From positions 1 to 64,000 of the forward strand of contig JBBQZX010000007.1 of the NCBI GenBank assembly GCA_038207335.1: 64,000 nt of DNA, in the 5' to 3' direction. The notes below the pieces were generated by a model, which saw only the letters and a program-made list of their open reading frames with translations, ran no database searches and was not told where the DNA came from. Source of the stretch: Chthoniobacterales bacterium. Its GTDB lineage: Bacteria; Verrucomicrobiota; Verrucomicrobiia; Chthoniobacterales; Chthoniobacteraceae. Positions 1 to 8,009 of this stretch are shown in pieces. Within the stretch, counting starts at the first letter, position 1; every line of letters starts with the position of its first letter. The translations under genes were made by a program, and so were the position numbers.

Positions 1-10
1 AGCGCGTTCC

Positions 11-1111
11 TTACACCTCGAAGATGCGCACGCCCGGCTCCGCATCCGTGTCGCCGCCGATGTCGAAGACGATCCCATCGCCCGGCGCGAGCGGCACCTC
101 CGGCGTCATCTCGATGAAATCGCGCCCCACCCGCGAGATGCGCCCTGCGAGCGGCCCGCGTTTTTTCCCAAACCGCGCACCGACCAGCTCTTGATGATTC
201 ACCCCGTGCATCCAGCCCGAGTAAAGCCCTCGCGAAAACGTCATCTCGAGCTGATACCAATCCTCCCCGCTCGCCGTGAATTCGCGCTCCGCGAGCGCCG
301 CGTCGATCGCCTTCCGATAAACCTGGCACACGCCCGCGACATACTCCGGCGACTTCAATCGCCCCTCGATTTTGAAGCTCACGACGCCGCGCTCCAGCAA
401 CGCGGGAATCTCGTTCACCGCCGCCAAATCCTGCGGTGAAAGCAGGTATCGCTTTTCACCCAAATCCCTCAGCGCCCCATCGACGATTAGCTCGTAAGGC
501 ATCCGGCACGCCTGCGCGCACTCGCCACGATTCGCGCTGCGCTGCCCGAGCGATTCGCTCGTGAGGCACTGCCCCGAATACGCGACGCATAACGCCCCGT
601 GGACGAAGACTTCCAGTGGGAGAATTGAGGGATCGGTTGCCTCGAATTTATCGAGGTCACGGAGCGAAAGTTCGCGAGCGAGGACGGCTCGCTCGATGCC
701 GAGTTCGCGCGCGAACTCGGCGCCTTCCGGCGAGGTGATCGTCATCTGTGTCGAGGCGTGGATCGGCAACTCCGGCACGATCGCCCGAGCAAGCCGCACG
801 AGCCCGATGTCCTGCACAATGAGCGCATCGACTCCCGCGCGATTCAGCAGCCGCAGATACTCCGCCGCGTCATCGAGCTCCGACGTGAAGACGAGCGTGT
901 TGAAAGCGACATAAGCCTTCACCCCATGCCGATGACAAAATGCGACGACTTCTGGCAATTCCGCTTCCGAAAAATTCTCCGCGCGCAGCCGCGCGTTGAA
1001 CCGTGGAAGGCCAAAATAAATCGCATCCGCCCCATTCGCACACGCCGCGCGCACACATGTCCAATCGCCTGCGGGAGCGAGTAGTTCGGCGAGTGGCGCG
1101 GGCGTTGTCAT
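11..1111 (-). CDS. U32 family peptidase/hydroxylase (collagenase-like, RlhA/TrhP-related); possibly truncated
   Basis: ELLAPAG N-terminus, GADAIYFG, HASTQ, EVFVHGALCVAYSGQC, NRGECAQACR and KIEGRLKSPEYV are all U32 motifs. The stop lies 10 nt from the window edge. Confidence 0.9.
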   Translation of the reverse strand: MTTPAPLAELLAPAGDWTCVRAACANGADAIYFGLPRFNARLRAENFSEAELPEVVAFCHRHGVKAYVAFNTLVFTSELDDAAEYLRLLNRAGVDALIVQDIGLVRLARAIVPELPIHASTQMTITSPEGAEFARELGIERAVLARELSLRDLDKFEATDPSILPLEVFVHGALCVAYSGQCLTSESLGQRSANRGECAQACRMPYELIVDGALRDLGEKRYLLSPQDLAAVNEIPALLERGVVSFKIEGRLKSPEYVAGVCQVYRKAIDAALAEREFTASGEDWYQLEMTFSRGLYSGWMHGVNHQELVGARFGKKRGPLAGRISRVGRDFIEMTPEVPLAPGDGIVFDIGGDTDAEPGVRIFEV

Positions 1112-1115
1112 GCCC

Positions 1116-2780
1116 TCAAACGGAAGCGCGATTCAAGGCGCTGAGGACGGCTTTGATTGAGGCGAGTTCGATATTCGTGTCCACGGCGGCTCCCCATTTT
1201 TTGCGACCGTCGGCGAGGGTGATTTGGATGTAGGCGATGGCGCTCGCGCCGGAGCCGGAGCCGAGCGCGTGCTGTTTGAAGTCGGTGATTTCAAACTTCG
1301 GCGGGTAGGCCTTTTGCAGGGCGTGGACGAATGCTGCGATGGGTCCGTTGCCCGAGCCGACGAGATGCTGCTCGACGCCAGACAGGCGCGCGGAGGCGCG
1401 GCACTCAAAGACGCCGTCGATGCCGTCGGCGTGGAAATGGATGAGTTCCCACGGCGCGGTGCGCGCGATATATTCGCGGTCGAAGATCGCGCGAAGCTCG
1501 CTGGCAGAGACTTCGCGGCCGATGCGATCGACTTCGTCATTCGCGAGCGGGCCGAATTCGCGCTGCATTTCTTTCGGCAACTCGATGCCGAATTCGGCTT
1601 CGAGCAGGTAGGCGACGCCGCCTTTCCCAGACTGCGAATTGACGCGGATGACCTCGCGATATTCGCGCCCGATGTCGCGCGGATCGATGGAGAGATAGGG
1701 CACGTCCCACGGCTCGCGGCCCTCGCGCTGCGGCCACTCGGCGAGTCCTTTTTTGATGGCGTCCTGGTGCGAGCCGCTGAAGGCCGTGAAGACGAGTTCG
1801 CCGCCGTAGGGCTGGCGCGGTGGGACGGTCATGCCGGTGCAGCGCTCGTAGGTTTCGCGCACGGCATTGATGTCGGAGAAGTCGAGTCCCGGAGCGATGC
1901 CGTGCATGTGCAGATTCATCGCGACGATGACGACATCGAGATTGCCGGTGCGCTCGCCATTTCCGAACAGCGTGCCCTCGACGCGCTGTGCGCCGGCGAG
2001 CAGGCCGAGTTCGGTCGCGGCGACGCCTGTGCCGCGGTCGTTGTGCGTGTGCAGGGAGATGATCGCGGTGTCGCGACGGCGCAGGTTTTTGCAGAACCAC
2101 TCGATCTGGTCGGCATACACATTGGGCATCGCGACCTCCACGGTGTCGGGCAGATTTAGGATGATCGGGCGCTCGACGGTCGGCTGCCAGATATCGACGA
2201 CGGCCTCGCAGATTTCGAGCGAGAACTCGACCTCCGTGAGCGAGAAACTCTCGGGGGAATATTCGAATCGCACGTCGCATCCGTCGAGGCGCGGGACGCG
2301 ATCTTTCACCCACTGCGTGCCGCGCTGCGCGATGCGGACGATCTCGTTTTTCTCCAAGCCGAAGACGACGCGGCGCTGCGCGGGCGACGTGGAGTTGTAG
2401 AGGTGAATGATCGCGCGTTTCGCGCCGATGAGCGACTCGACGGTGCGCTCGATCAAGTCCTCACGGGCTTGGACGAGGACCTGGATGATGACGTCGTCGG
2501 GGATGCGTCCGACGTCGATGAGCTGGCGCATGAACTCGAATTCGGTGTTCGACGCGGCAGGGAAACCGACCTCGATTTCCTTGAAGCCGCAGCGAACGAG
2601 CGCGTCGAAGAGTTCGAGTTTTTGCGCGACATTCATCGGCACGGCGAGTGCCTGGTTGCCATCGCGGAGATCGACGCTGCACCAGATGGGCGCGTGAGTC
2701 AGCGTGCGGCTCGGCCATTGCCGGTCGGGCAAATGGACGGTGGGAAACGAACGATATTTATCGGGAGAAAAGACGGGCAT
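1116..2780 (-). CDS. leuA: 2-isopropylmalate synthase (yeast/actinobacterial type)
   Basis: DRQWPS, WCSVDLRDGNQAL, HxHNDRG, GNGERTGN, AFSGSHQDAIKKG, IRVNSQSGKGG and C-terminal GNGPI regulatory domain. Confidence 0.96.
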   Translation of the reverse strand: MPVFSPDKYRSFPTVHLPDRQWPSRTLTHAPIWCSVDLRDGNQALAVPMNVAQKLELFDALVRCGFKEIEVGFPAASNTEFEFMRQLIDVGRIPDDVIIQVLVQAREDLIERTVESLIGAKRAIIHLYNSTSPAQRRVVFGLEKNEIVRIAQRGTQWVKDRVPRLDGCDVRFEYSPESFSLTEVEFSLEICEAVVDIWQPTVERPIILNLPDTVEVAMPNVYADQIEWFCKNLRRRDTAIISLHTHNDRGTGVAATELGLLAGAQRVEGTLFGNGERTGNLDVVIVAMNLHMHGIAPGLDFSDINAVRETYERCTGMTVPPRQPYGGELVFTAFSGSHQDAIKKGLAEWPQREGREPWDVPYLSIDPRDIGREYREVIRVNSQSGKGGVAYLLEAEFGIELPKEMQREFGPLANDEVDRIGREVSASELRAIFDREYIARTAPWELIHFHADGIDGVFECRASARLSGVEQHLVGSGNGPIAAFVHALQKAYPPKFEITDFKQHALGSGSGASAIAYIQITLADGRKKWGAAVDTNIELASIKAVLSALNRASV

Positions 2781-2945
2781 TTTTAAAAGAAGACACGGGT
2801 GGGAAGATGGAGAAACGCCCGGTCACCACACCACCCATCGCGGCGACCAGCCGGAAAACTTACGCGAGAAAAGCTCCGCGGGCCGTGCGCGCGAAAGCGC
2901 GCCGGGAAAGCCCGGGGAGCAGGGTAAGTCGGCTGGTCAGCAGGT
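2781..2945 (-). promoter_or_regulatory. Putative attenuator upstream of leuA
   Basis: GACCAGCCG-ACTTAC in the Leu-codon region can pair with GTAAGT-tttc-CGGCTGGTC at the leader stop. The alternative GGTCGCCGC/GTGGTGACC stem and a GGGTGG/CCACCC stem are followed by TCTTCTTTT. Confidence 0.6.
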
Positions 2946-2952
2946 GACGCAT
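2860..2952 (-). CDS. Putative leucine leader peptide (MRHLLTSRLTLLPGLSRRAFARTARGAFLA, 30 aa)
   Basis: Hand-translated ATG(2952)..TAA(2860); 7 Leu, 6 within the first 15 codons; ends 79 nt upstream of the leuA ATG on the same strand. Confidence 0.7.
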   Translation of the reverse strand: MRHLLTSRLTLLPGLSRRAFARTARGAFLA

Positions 2953-3045
2953 GGAGCGCGGAATGTAGCAGCCCGCCCGCGCGGTGCAACTCGCGTGTGA
3001 TGCCCAAGCCGCGTTCACGGAAAGACGCAAACTGAACTACCGGCG

Positions 3046-3537
3046 TCAGTCGCGGAAGTTTTTGAAGGCGAGGGCGACTCCGAAATCCTTGGCGCGGCAG
3101 AAGGCGATGACTTCCTGCAAGTCGTCGCGCTTTTTGCCGGTGACGCGGATTTGCCGCTCCATGAGCGCGCACTGGACTTTCATGTCCTGCGCTTTGATAG
3201 CCTTGGTCACTTCCTTGGCCTTTTCACCATCGAGGCCCTGCTTTACCACGAACTCTTGCGTGGCGTGGCCGAGCGGGGAGATGGCGGGGTCTTTTCGCTC
3301 GATGTTGCGGAGGTCGATGTTCCGCTTGGCAAGCTTTGCGACGACGATTTCGTTGAGGCTTTTCAAACGGCTGCCGTCTTCGGCGGTGAGCTTGATTTTG
3401 CTCTCTTTCTCGTCGAGCTCGACTTTCGCGGAGCTGCCTTTGAAGTCGAAACGCGTGGCGAGTTCTTTGTGCGCCTGATTGATCGCGTTGTCGATTTCCT
3501 GCTTATCGACCTCCGAGACGATATCGAAGGACGGCAT
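3046..3537 (-). CDS. yajQ: YajQ family nucleotide/c-di-GMP-binding protein
   Basis: MPSFDIVSEVD, RFDFKGS, IRVTGKKRDDLQ, C-terminal NFRD. Confidence 0.95.
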   Translation of the reverse strand: MPSFDIVSEVDKQEIDNAINQAHKELATRFDFKGSSAKVELDEKESKIKLTAEDGSRLKSLNEIVVAKLAKRNIDLRNIERKDPAISPLGHATQEFVVKQGLDGEKAKEVTKAIKAQDMKVQCALMERQIRVTGKKRDDLQEVIAFCRAKDFGVALAFKNFRD

Positions 3538-3546
3538 GGCGCGATT

Positions 3547-4515
3547 TTAGAAACCGACGGCAACCGAGGCCTCGACGTACGGCGCGCCGTTGTATGTCTC
3601 GTAGCCTTCTTCCGCGGTGTGGTAGTCGAACTTGCGCTGGAGCGACCAGCCGCCGCTCACGTCGAAGCTGACGTGGTCATTTTTCCAACCGATGCCGCCG
3701 CCGACGCGGGTGTCGGTGTAGGTGACGAGGGCGCCGTTGAGTGAGCTTTTCGTACTGGCGGAGCGGCCGTCGGCGCGGAAGGACTGGGAGATGTATTCGC
3801 CGCCGACGAAGAGGCTCAGATTGCGAGTCGGGGAATAGACGAGCCGCGGGCGGATGGGGTTGCCCTCGATGGTGAACTGAGGGGTGACGATCCAGCGAAA
3901 GCCGAGGAAGGGGACGAGCTGGCTGGCGCGGAAGCCGTCGTAGGAGACGCCGCCGACGAGGACGAAATTGTGGCTCGGGGTATAGTAAAGTGGGACGTAG
4001 GCGAGGGTCGGGGCGTTGAAGTCGGCGAGGGAGGCGTTGTGGCCGAAGTAAAGGCCGGGGCGCGTCTCGATCTGGAGGACGGGGAGGCCGTTGATGAGGG
4101 ACTGCTCGCAGTCGGCAAAGAGCTCGAGGGCGAAGACGCCGGCAACGCTTTGGAGGGCGTTTGGCAGCGGAAGGCCACCGGAGTTATCGAAATCGCGGCG
4201 TCCGTAAGCGACGCCGGTGCGGAACATCCAGACGCCGCCGTGGGCGGATTCGGGGACGCCGATATTCAGCGGGAAGCGATACTCGAGCGCGGCACCGTAG
4301 CTGAGCGCGTCGCCTTTGGCGCCGGATTTGCGGTTGAAATTCGACTCGCCGACGTAGCTGCCGGAGAAGCTCGCGAGGAGGTTGAGCGCGGGCGGGCAAG
4401 CAGGCTGAATTTCTTTGCCGGCTTTGCTGTCCTTTGCATCGATCTGGATGGTTCCGGCGAATGCGGAGGAAGCGAGCGACAGTGCTGCGAAAAATGGAGC
4501 GATTCGGGAAGTCAT
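3547..4515 (-). CDS. Outer-membrane beta-barrel protein (DUF6268-like)
   Basis: Signal peptide (AFA-G), DSKAGKEI segment, alternating amphipathic strands, C-terminal Phe (YVEASVAVGF). Confidence 0.7.
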   Translation of the reverse strand: MTSRIAPFFAALSLASSAFAGTIQIDAKDSKAGKEIQPACPPALNLLASFSGSYVGESNFNRKSGAKGDALSYGAALEYRFPLNIGVPESAHGGVWMFRTGVAYGRRDFDNSGGLPLPNALQSVAGVFALELFADCEQSLINGLPVLQIETRPGLYFGHNASLADFNAPTLAYVPLYYTPSHNFVLVGGVSYDGFRASQLVPFLGFRWIVTPQFTIEGNPIRPRLVYSPTRNLSLFVGGEYISQSFRADGRSASTKSSLNGALVTYTDTRVGGGIGWKNDHVSFDVSGGWSLQRKFDYHTAEEGYETYNGAPYVEASVAVGF

Positions 4516-4612
4516 GGGGCGGGACGCTAGGGAGGTGCGCGGCGGGTGGGAAGCGGAATCGCTGGGAGAATTCGGGGTGCATCCCTGAGCGCGGCATCGG
4601 CGTTTGAAGTGG

Positions 4613-4715
4613 TTTTAACCGCGGAGGGCGCGGCAAGCGCGACGAAAGGGAAACGAAAGGGCGTGATTTTATACGCACCAAAAAACTGCATTCGCCGCGC
4701 CCGCCGCGGTTAAAA
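4613..4715. repeat. MITE/REP-like element with 22-bp terminal inverted repeat
   Basis: TTTTAACCGCGGAGGGCGCGGC (4613-4634) versus GCCGCGCCCGCCGCGGTTAAAA (4694-4715), 21/22 complementary. Confidence 0.75.
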
Positions 4716-4719
4716 AGTT

Positions 4720-6006
4720 TTACTCGAAACGCAGTGCGACGACCGGATCGAGGCGGGCTGCGAAGTAAGCTGGAATCAGGGCTGCGAGGGAGCAGATGGC
4801 AAATGCGCTGATGCAAATGACGGCGACGTCGTGAGGCACGACTTCGGCGGGTATTTCGCTGAACTGGTAGATGCCGCGCGGGAAAATATCGATGTGCAAA
4901 GTCGCGGCGAGGAACTCCTTGAACTCGTTTCTCCATCGTACGAGTGCCATGCCTGCGGCTAGGCCGGTAACATTTCCAAAAACACCGACAACCATGCCTT
5001 GCGCGAGGAAAACCCAGACGATCTGCGGAGTGGTCGCACCGAGAGCTTTCATAATGCCGATCTCGCGCGTCTTCTGCACGGTGACGGTGATGAGCGTGTT
5101 CATGATGCCGAACGCGGCGACGATGACGATAAAGAGCAGAAGAAAAAACATGACGTTTCGCTCCATGCGGATGGCGTCGAAGAGCTGTTTGTTCAGGTCT
5201 ATCCACGTGAGGACGTTCGTCTGCGGCGGGAGAAACGCCCGGAGTCGCTGCTGCACGGCACCGGCTTGATACGGCTCGGTCGTGCGGATCGTGAGGCCGT
5301 GCAGCCCGTCTTCGAGGCCGTAGAGTTCCTGGCCGATGTGGAGCGGGACGAGGAGGAATTCGGAGTCGTAGATGTAGCGGCCCGACTCGAAGATGCCGGT
5401 CACTTCGAGCTCCTGCGGGAGCACCATTTCGCGCAGCTCGCTGAGCGTCTTTTTGTTGGCGGGATCGCGCTCGGCTTTGTTCAGCTCCTCGATGATCGCG
5501 CTCATGTTTCCTGGCGAATAGACGATGATTTTGTCGCCAATCTGCACGCCGAGCTGCTCGGCGAGTTCTTTGCCGATCACCGTTTTGTCTCCGTCGAGGT
5601 CGAGGCTGCCTTCTTTGATCGCGGATCGGATGTCGGTCACTTTTTCCTCCCGCTCGACATTGATCCCGCGGATTTTCGGCGCGAGGCGCCGGCCGTCGAA
5701 CTCGACGATCACCGGCCCTTGGACGAAGGGCGCGGAGGCCACGACACCCTCGGTTTTGTCAATCTCGGCGTCGATCTCACGCCAGTCGCGCATGACCGAG
5801 TCGTTTGTCACGAGGACATGTGCGTCGAAGCCGAGGACTTTTTTCCGCAGCTCCTGATCAAAGCCGGTCATCACTGAAATCACGACGATGAGTACCGTGA
5901 TCCCGAGCGTGACACCGAGGATGGAAATGAGCGTGATGATCGAGACGAAAGTCCGCTTCGGCTTGAGATAACGGAGTGCGAGAAACAGGCTGAACGGAGC
6001 TTTCAC
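4720..6006 (-). CDS. lolE: Lipoprotein-releasing ABC transporter permease LolC/E family
   Basis: LALRYLKPKRTFVSIITLISILGVTLG, VMTGF, KTREIGIMKALGA, PAYFAARLDPVVALRFE. Confidence 0.9.
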   Translation of the reverse strand: MKAPFSLFLALRYLKPKRTFVSIITLISILGVTLGITVLIVVISVMTGFDQELRKKVLGFDAHVLVTNDSVMRDWREIDAEIDKTEGVVASAPFVQGPVIVEFDGRRLAPKIRGINVEREEKVTDIRSAIKEGSLDLDGDKTVIGKELAEQLGVQIGDKIIVYSPGNMSAIIEELNKAERDPANKKTLSELREMVLPQELEVTGIFESGRYIYDSEFLLVPLHIGQELYGLEDGLHGLTIRTTEPYQAGAVQQRLRAFLPPQTNVLTWIDLNKQLFDAIRMERNVMFFLLLFIVIVAAFGIMNTLITVTVQKTREIGIMKALGATTPQIVWVFLAQGMVVGVFGNVTGLAAGMALVRWRNEFKEFLAATLHIDIFPRGIYQFSEIPAEVVPHDVAVICISAFAICSLAALIPAYFAARLDPVVALRFE

Positions 6007-6116
6007 GGGCGCATGGATAGCGGTGCGGGCGGGCGCACCAAGAGAAATTTGGACCGGGCAAATTCATTTTGATAAATTCATTTGACCGCCGAAATTTTCC
6101 GGCTTTCATACCCGTC

Positions 6117-6746
6117 ATGAAGAAAGTGCTCTCCCTCCTCGTAGCATTCGTTGTCCTGCAGACTCAATCTTGGGCGCTCAGCGGCGGCCCAAATTATGGC
6201 GGCGCGGGTATCTCCTTGATCGGTGTTTATGCTGGCGTGCTTATTCCCGGCAAACAGCCGACGACCCCGCTCACTGGCACGACATCCGTCACCGATTCCA
6301 GCGCGAACATCGGTCTTTTCAGCCTGGGCGTCCCTGAGACGGGCCTCGCCACTGGCGCTTGCGTTGTGTTTGTAAATGGTGATGCCTTCTCCGGTACGAT
6401 CACCGGCGTGGCAGATCCGGGAAAAGGCAGCGTGGTCGCCGTCGTGGATACGATCAGCAATTTCATCGTTTTCGATCCGGCGAACCCCACGATCCCGTTC
6501 CGGCTCTTCGCGACCGGCCAGTTGAAGGCGATCGTGCGTGAAATCCCCGGCGGCCGCAGTGCTATCGGGCTTCCGGCCCCCGGCGCGATTCGGCTCGAAG
6601 GCAGCGCGACTTTGACCGTGACCGGTGGTGACACCGTTACTTACACGGTGGATGGCTTCCAGCAGAGCAATATGACTGCAACTACCACCATCTCTGGCCT
6701 TGGAAATATCGGCGGTGGCGGTGGTGCTGGTGGCAACGGGCCGTAG
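6117..6746 (+). CDS. Secreted hypothetical protein, beta-rich with Gly-rich tail
   Basis: MKKVLSLLVAFVVLQTQSWA signal peptide; start taken at ATG 6117. Confidence 0.75.
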   Translation: MKKVLSLLVAFVVLQTQSWALSGGPNYGGAGISLIGVYAGVLIPGKQPTTPLTGTTSVTDSSANIGLFSLGVPETGLATGACVVFVNGDAFSGTITGVADPGKGSVVAVVDTISNFIVFDPANPTIPFRLFATGQLKAIVREIPGGRSAIGLPAPGAIRLEGSATLTVTGGDTVTYTVDGFQQSNMTATTTISGLGNIGGGGGAGGNGP

Positions 6747-6776
6747 TCGATTCCCCAGCTTTTTAAAGCTGTAATT

Positions 6777-7337
6777 GTGCAACCCCTCTTGAAGCCGCGA
6801 TCCCGAAAAGATTGCGGCTTCACTCTTTTGGAGTTGATGACCGTGCTGGTCATCATTGGCATCCTGCTCACGATGATTCTCCCTGTCTTCGAGCAACTAA
6901 AGGGAAAGGCGGAGCGCGCCGCGTGCCTGACGAATCTCAAGTCTCTTTACGTCGCGGCGGATGCGTATCTCGGGCAGCAAGGGCACTGGCCGCAAGTCGC
7001 GCCGGGCCTGCTCCAAAGTGACTCGAAGGAGTATGCGCGGCAGTGGCAGGAAGCTCTGCAGCCGTACGGTATCGGGCTCAAGAACTTCATCTGTCCCACG
7101 GTCCAGCGCACGACGAAAAATCCCGACTACCAGAAGCTCGAAAATCGCCGCGTGGATTACCTCGCCACGCCGTTTGACGACAACCCGCTCAGTCCGCGCA
7201 AGTATCCGACGCACCCGTGGTTTGCCGAGCGCGGCGACGTGCATGGCGACGGGAATCTCGTGATCTTCACGAATGGCGAGACCAAGTCGCTCGCCGAGAT
7301 CGTGCGCGATACTGGCGGCCCGCCGCGCGCGCGATAG
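6777..7337 (+). CDS. Prepilin-type N-terminal cleavage/methylation protein (PVC H-X9-DG-like)
   Basis: G/FTLLELMTVLVIIGILLTMILP type IV pilin motif, AERAACLTNLK, FICP and HGDGNLVIFTNG (H-X9-NG). Confidence 0.88.
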   Translation: MQPLLKPRSRKDCGFTLLELMTVLVIIGILLTMILPVFEQLKGKAERAACLTNLKSLYVAADAYLGQQGHWPQVAPGLLQSDSKEYARQWQEALQPYGIGLKNFICPTVQRTTKNPDYQKLENRRVDYLATPFDDNPLSPRKYPTHPWFAERGDVHGDGNLVIFTNGETKSLAEIVRDTGGPPRAR

Positions 7338-7351
7338 CTCAGTGCGCGGCT

Positions 7352-7933
7352 TCAGAGCCACGCGAGCGCAGCGGACATCGCGCGGGCGCGGTGGCTGAGG
7401 GTGTTTTTGGCGGCAGCGGGGAGCTGGGCGAATGTCTCGCAGTGGCCCTCCGGCACGAAGAGCGAGTCGTATCCGAAGCCACCCTCCCCGCGTTCCGCGT
7501 TGATCATCGTCCCCTCGACCGCGCCCTCGAACGTCCTCTCCACGCTCCCATCCCTTGCGAATGCCAGCACGCAGCGAAAGCGCGCGGTGCGCTGTTTGCC
7601 GCGAGCCCCGGCGGTGCTGAGATTCTCCAGTAAAAGCGCTCGGTTCTCGGCATCGGTCGCGTGCTCGCCGGCGTAGCGCGCGGAGCGGACTCCGGGCGCG
7701 CCTCCGAGTGCATCCACCTCCAGACCCGAGTCGTCCGCCAGCACGAGCCCTCCGAATTCCCGCGATGCCGCGACCGCTTTCAGCGTGGCATTCGCCTCGA
7801 ATGTCGTGCCGGTTTCCTCCGTCGGAGGGAAAGCGGGATGCGCGTTCATGTCGGTCACCTCCCAGTCGGCGCCGAGCATGGCGCGGATTTCCGCGGTCTT
7901 GTGCGAATTGTGCGTCGCGAGGAGCAGGTGCAT
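7352..7933 (-). CDS. rdgB: Non-canonical purine NTP pyrophosphatase RdgB/HAM1
   Basis: [50 protein letters not shown]; start at ATG 7933. Confidence 0.95.
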   Translation of the reverse strand: MHLLLATHNSHKTAEIRAMLGADWEVTDMNAHPAFPPTEETGTTFEANATLKAVAASREFGGLVLADDSGLEVDALGGAPGVRSARYAGEHATDAENRALLLENLSTAGARGKQRTARFRCVLAFARDGSVERTFEGAVEGTMINAERGEGGFGYDSLFVPEGHCETFAQLPAAAKNTLSHRARAMSAALAWL

Positions 7934-8009
7934 TCCCCAGCATCTCAGGCCGGTCAAGGCCCCGCTCCTGTTGACTCCCCTCCCGCCTCGCTGTTCACTC
8001 CCCGCCCGC

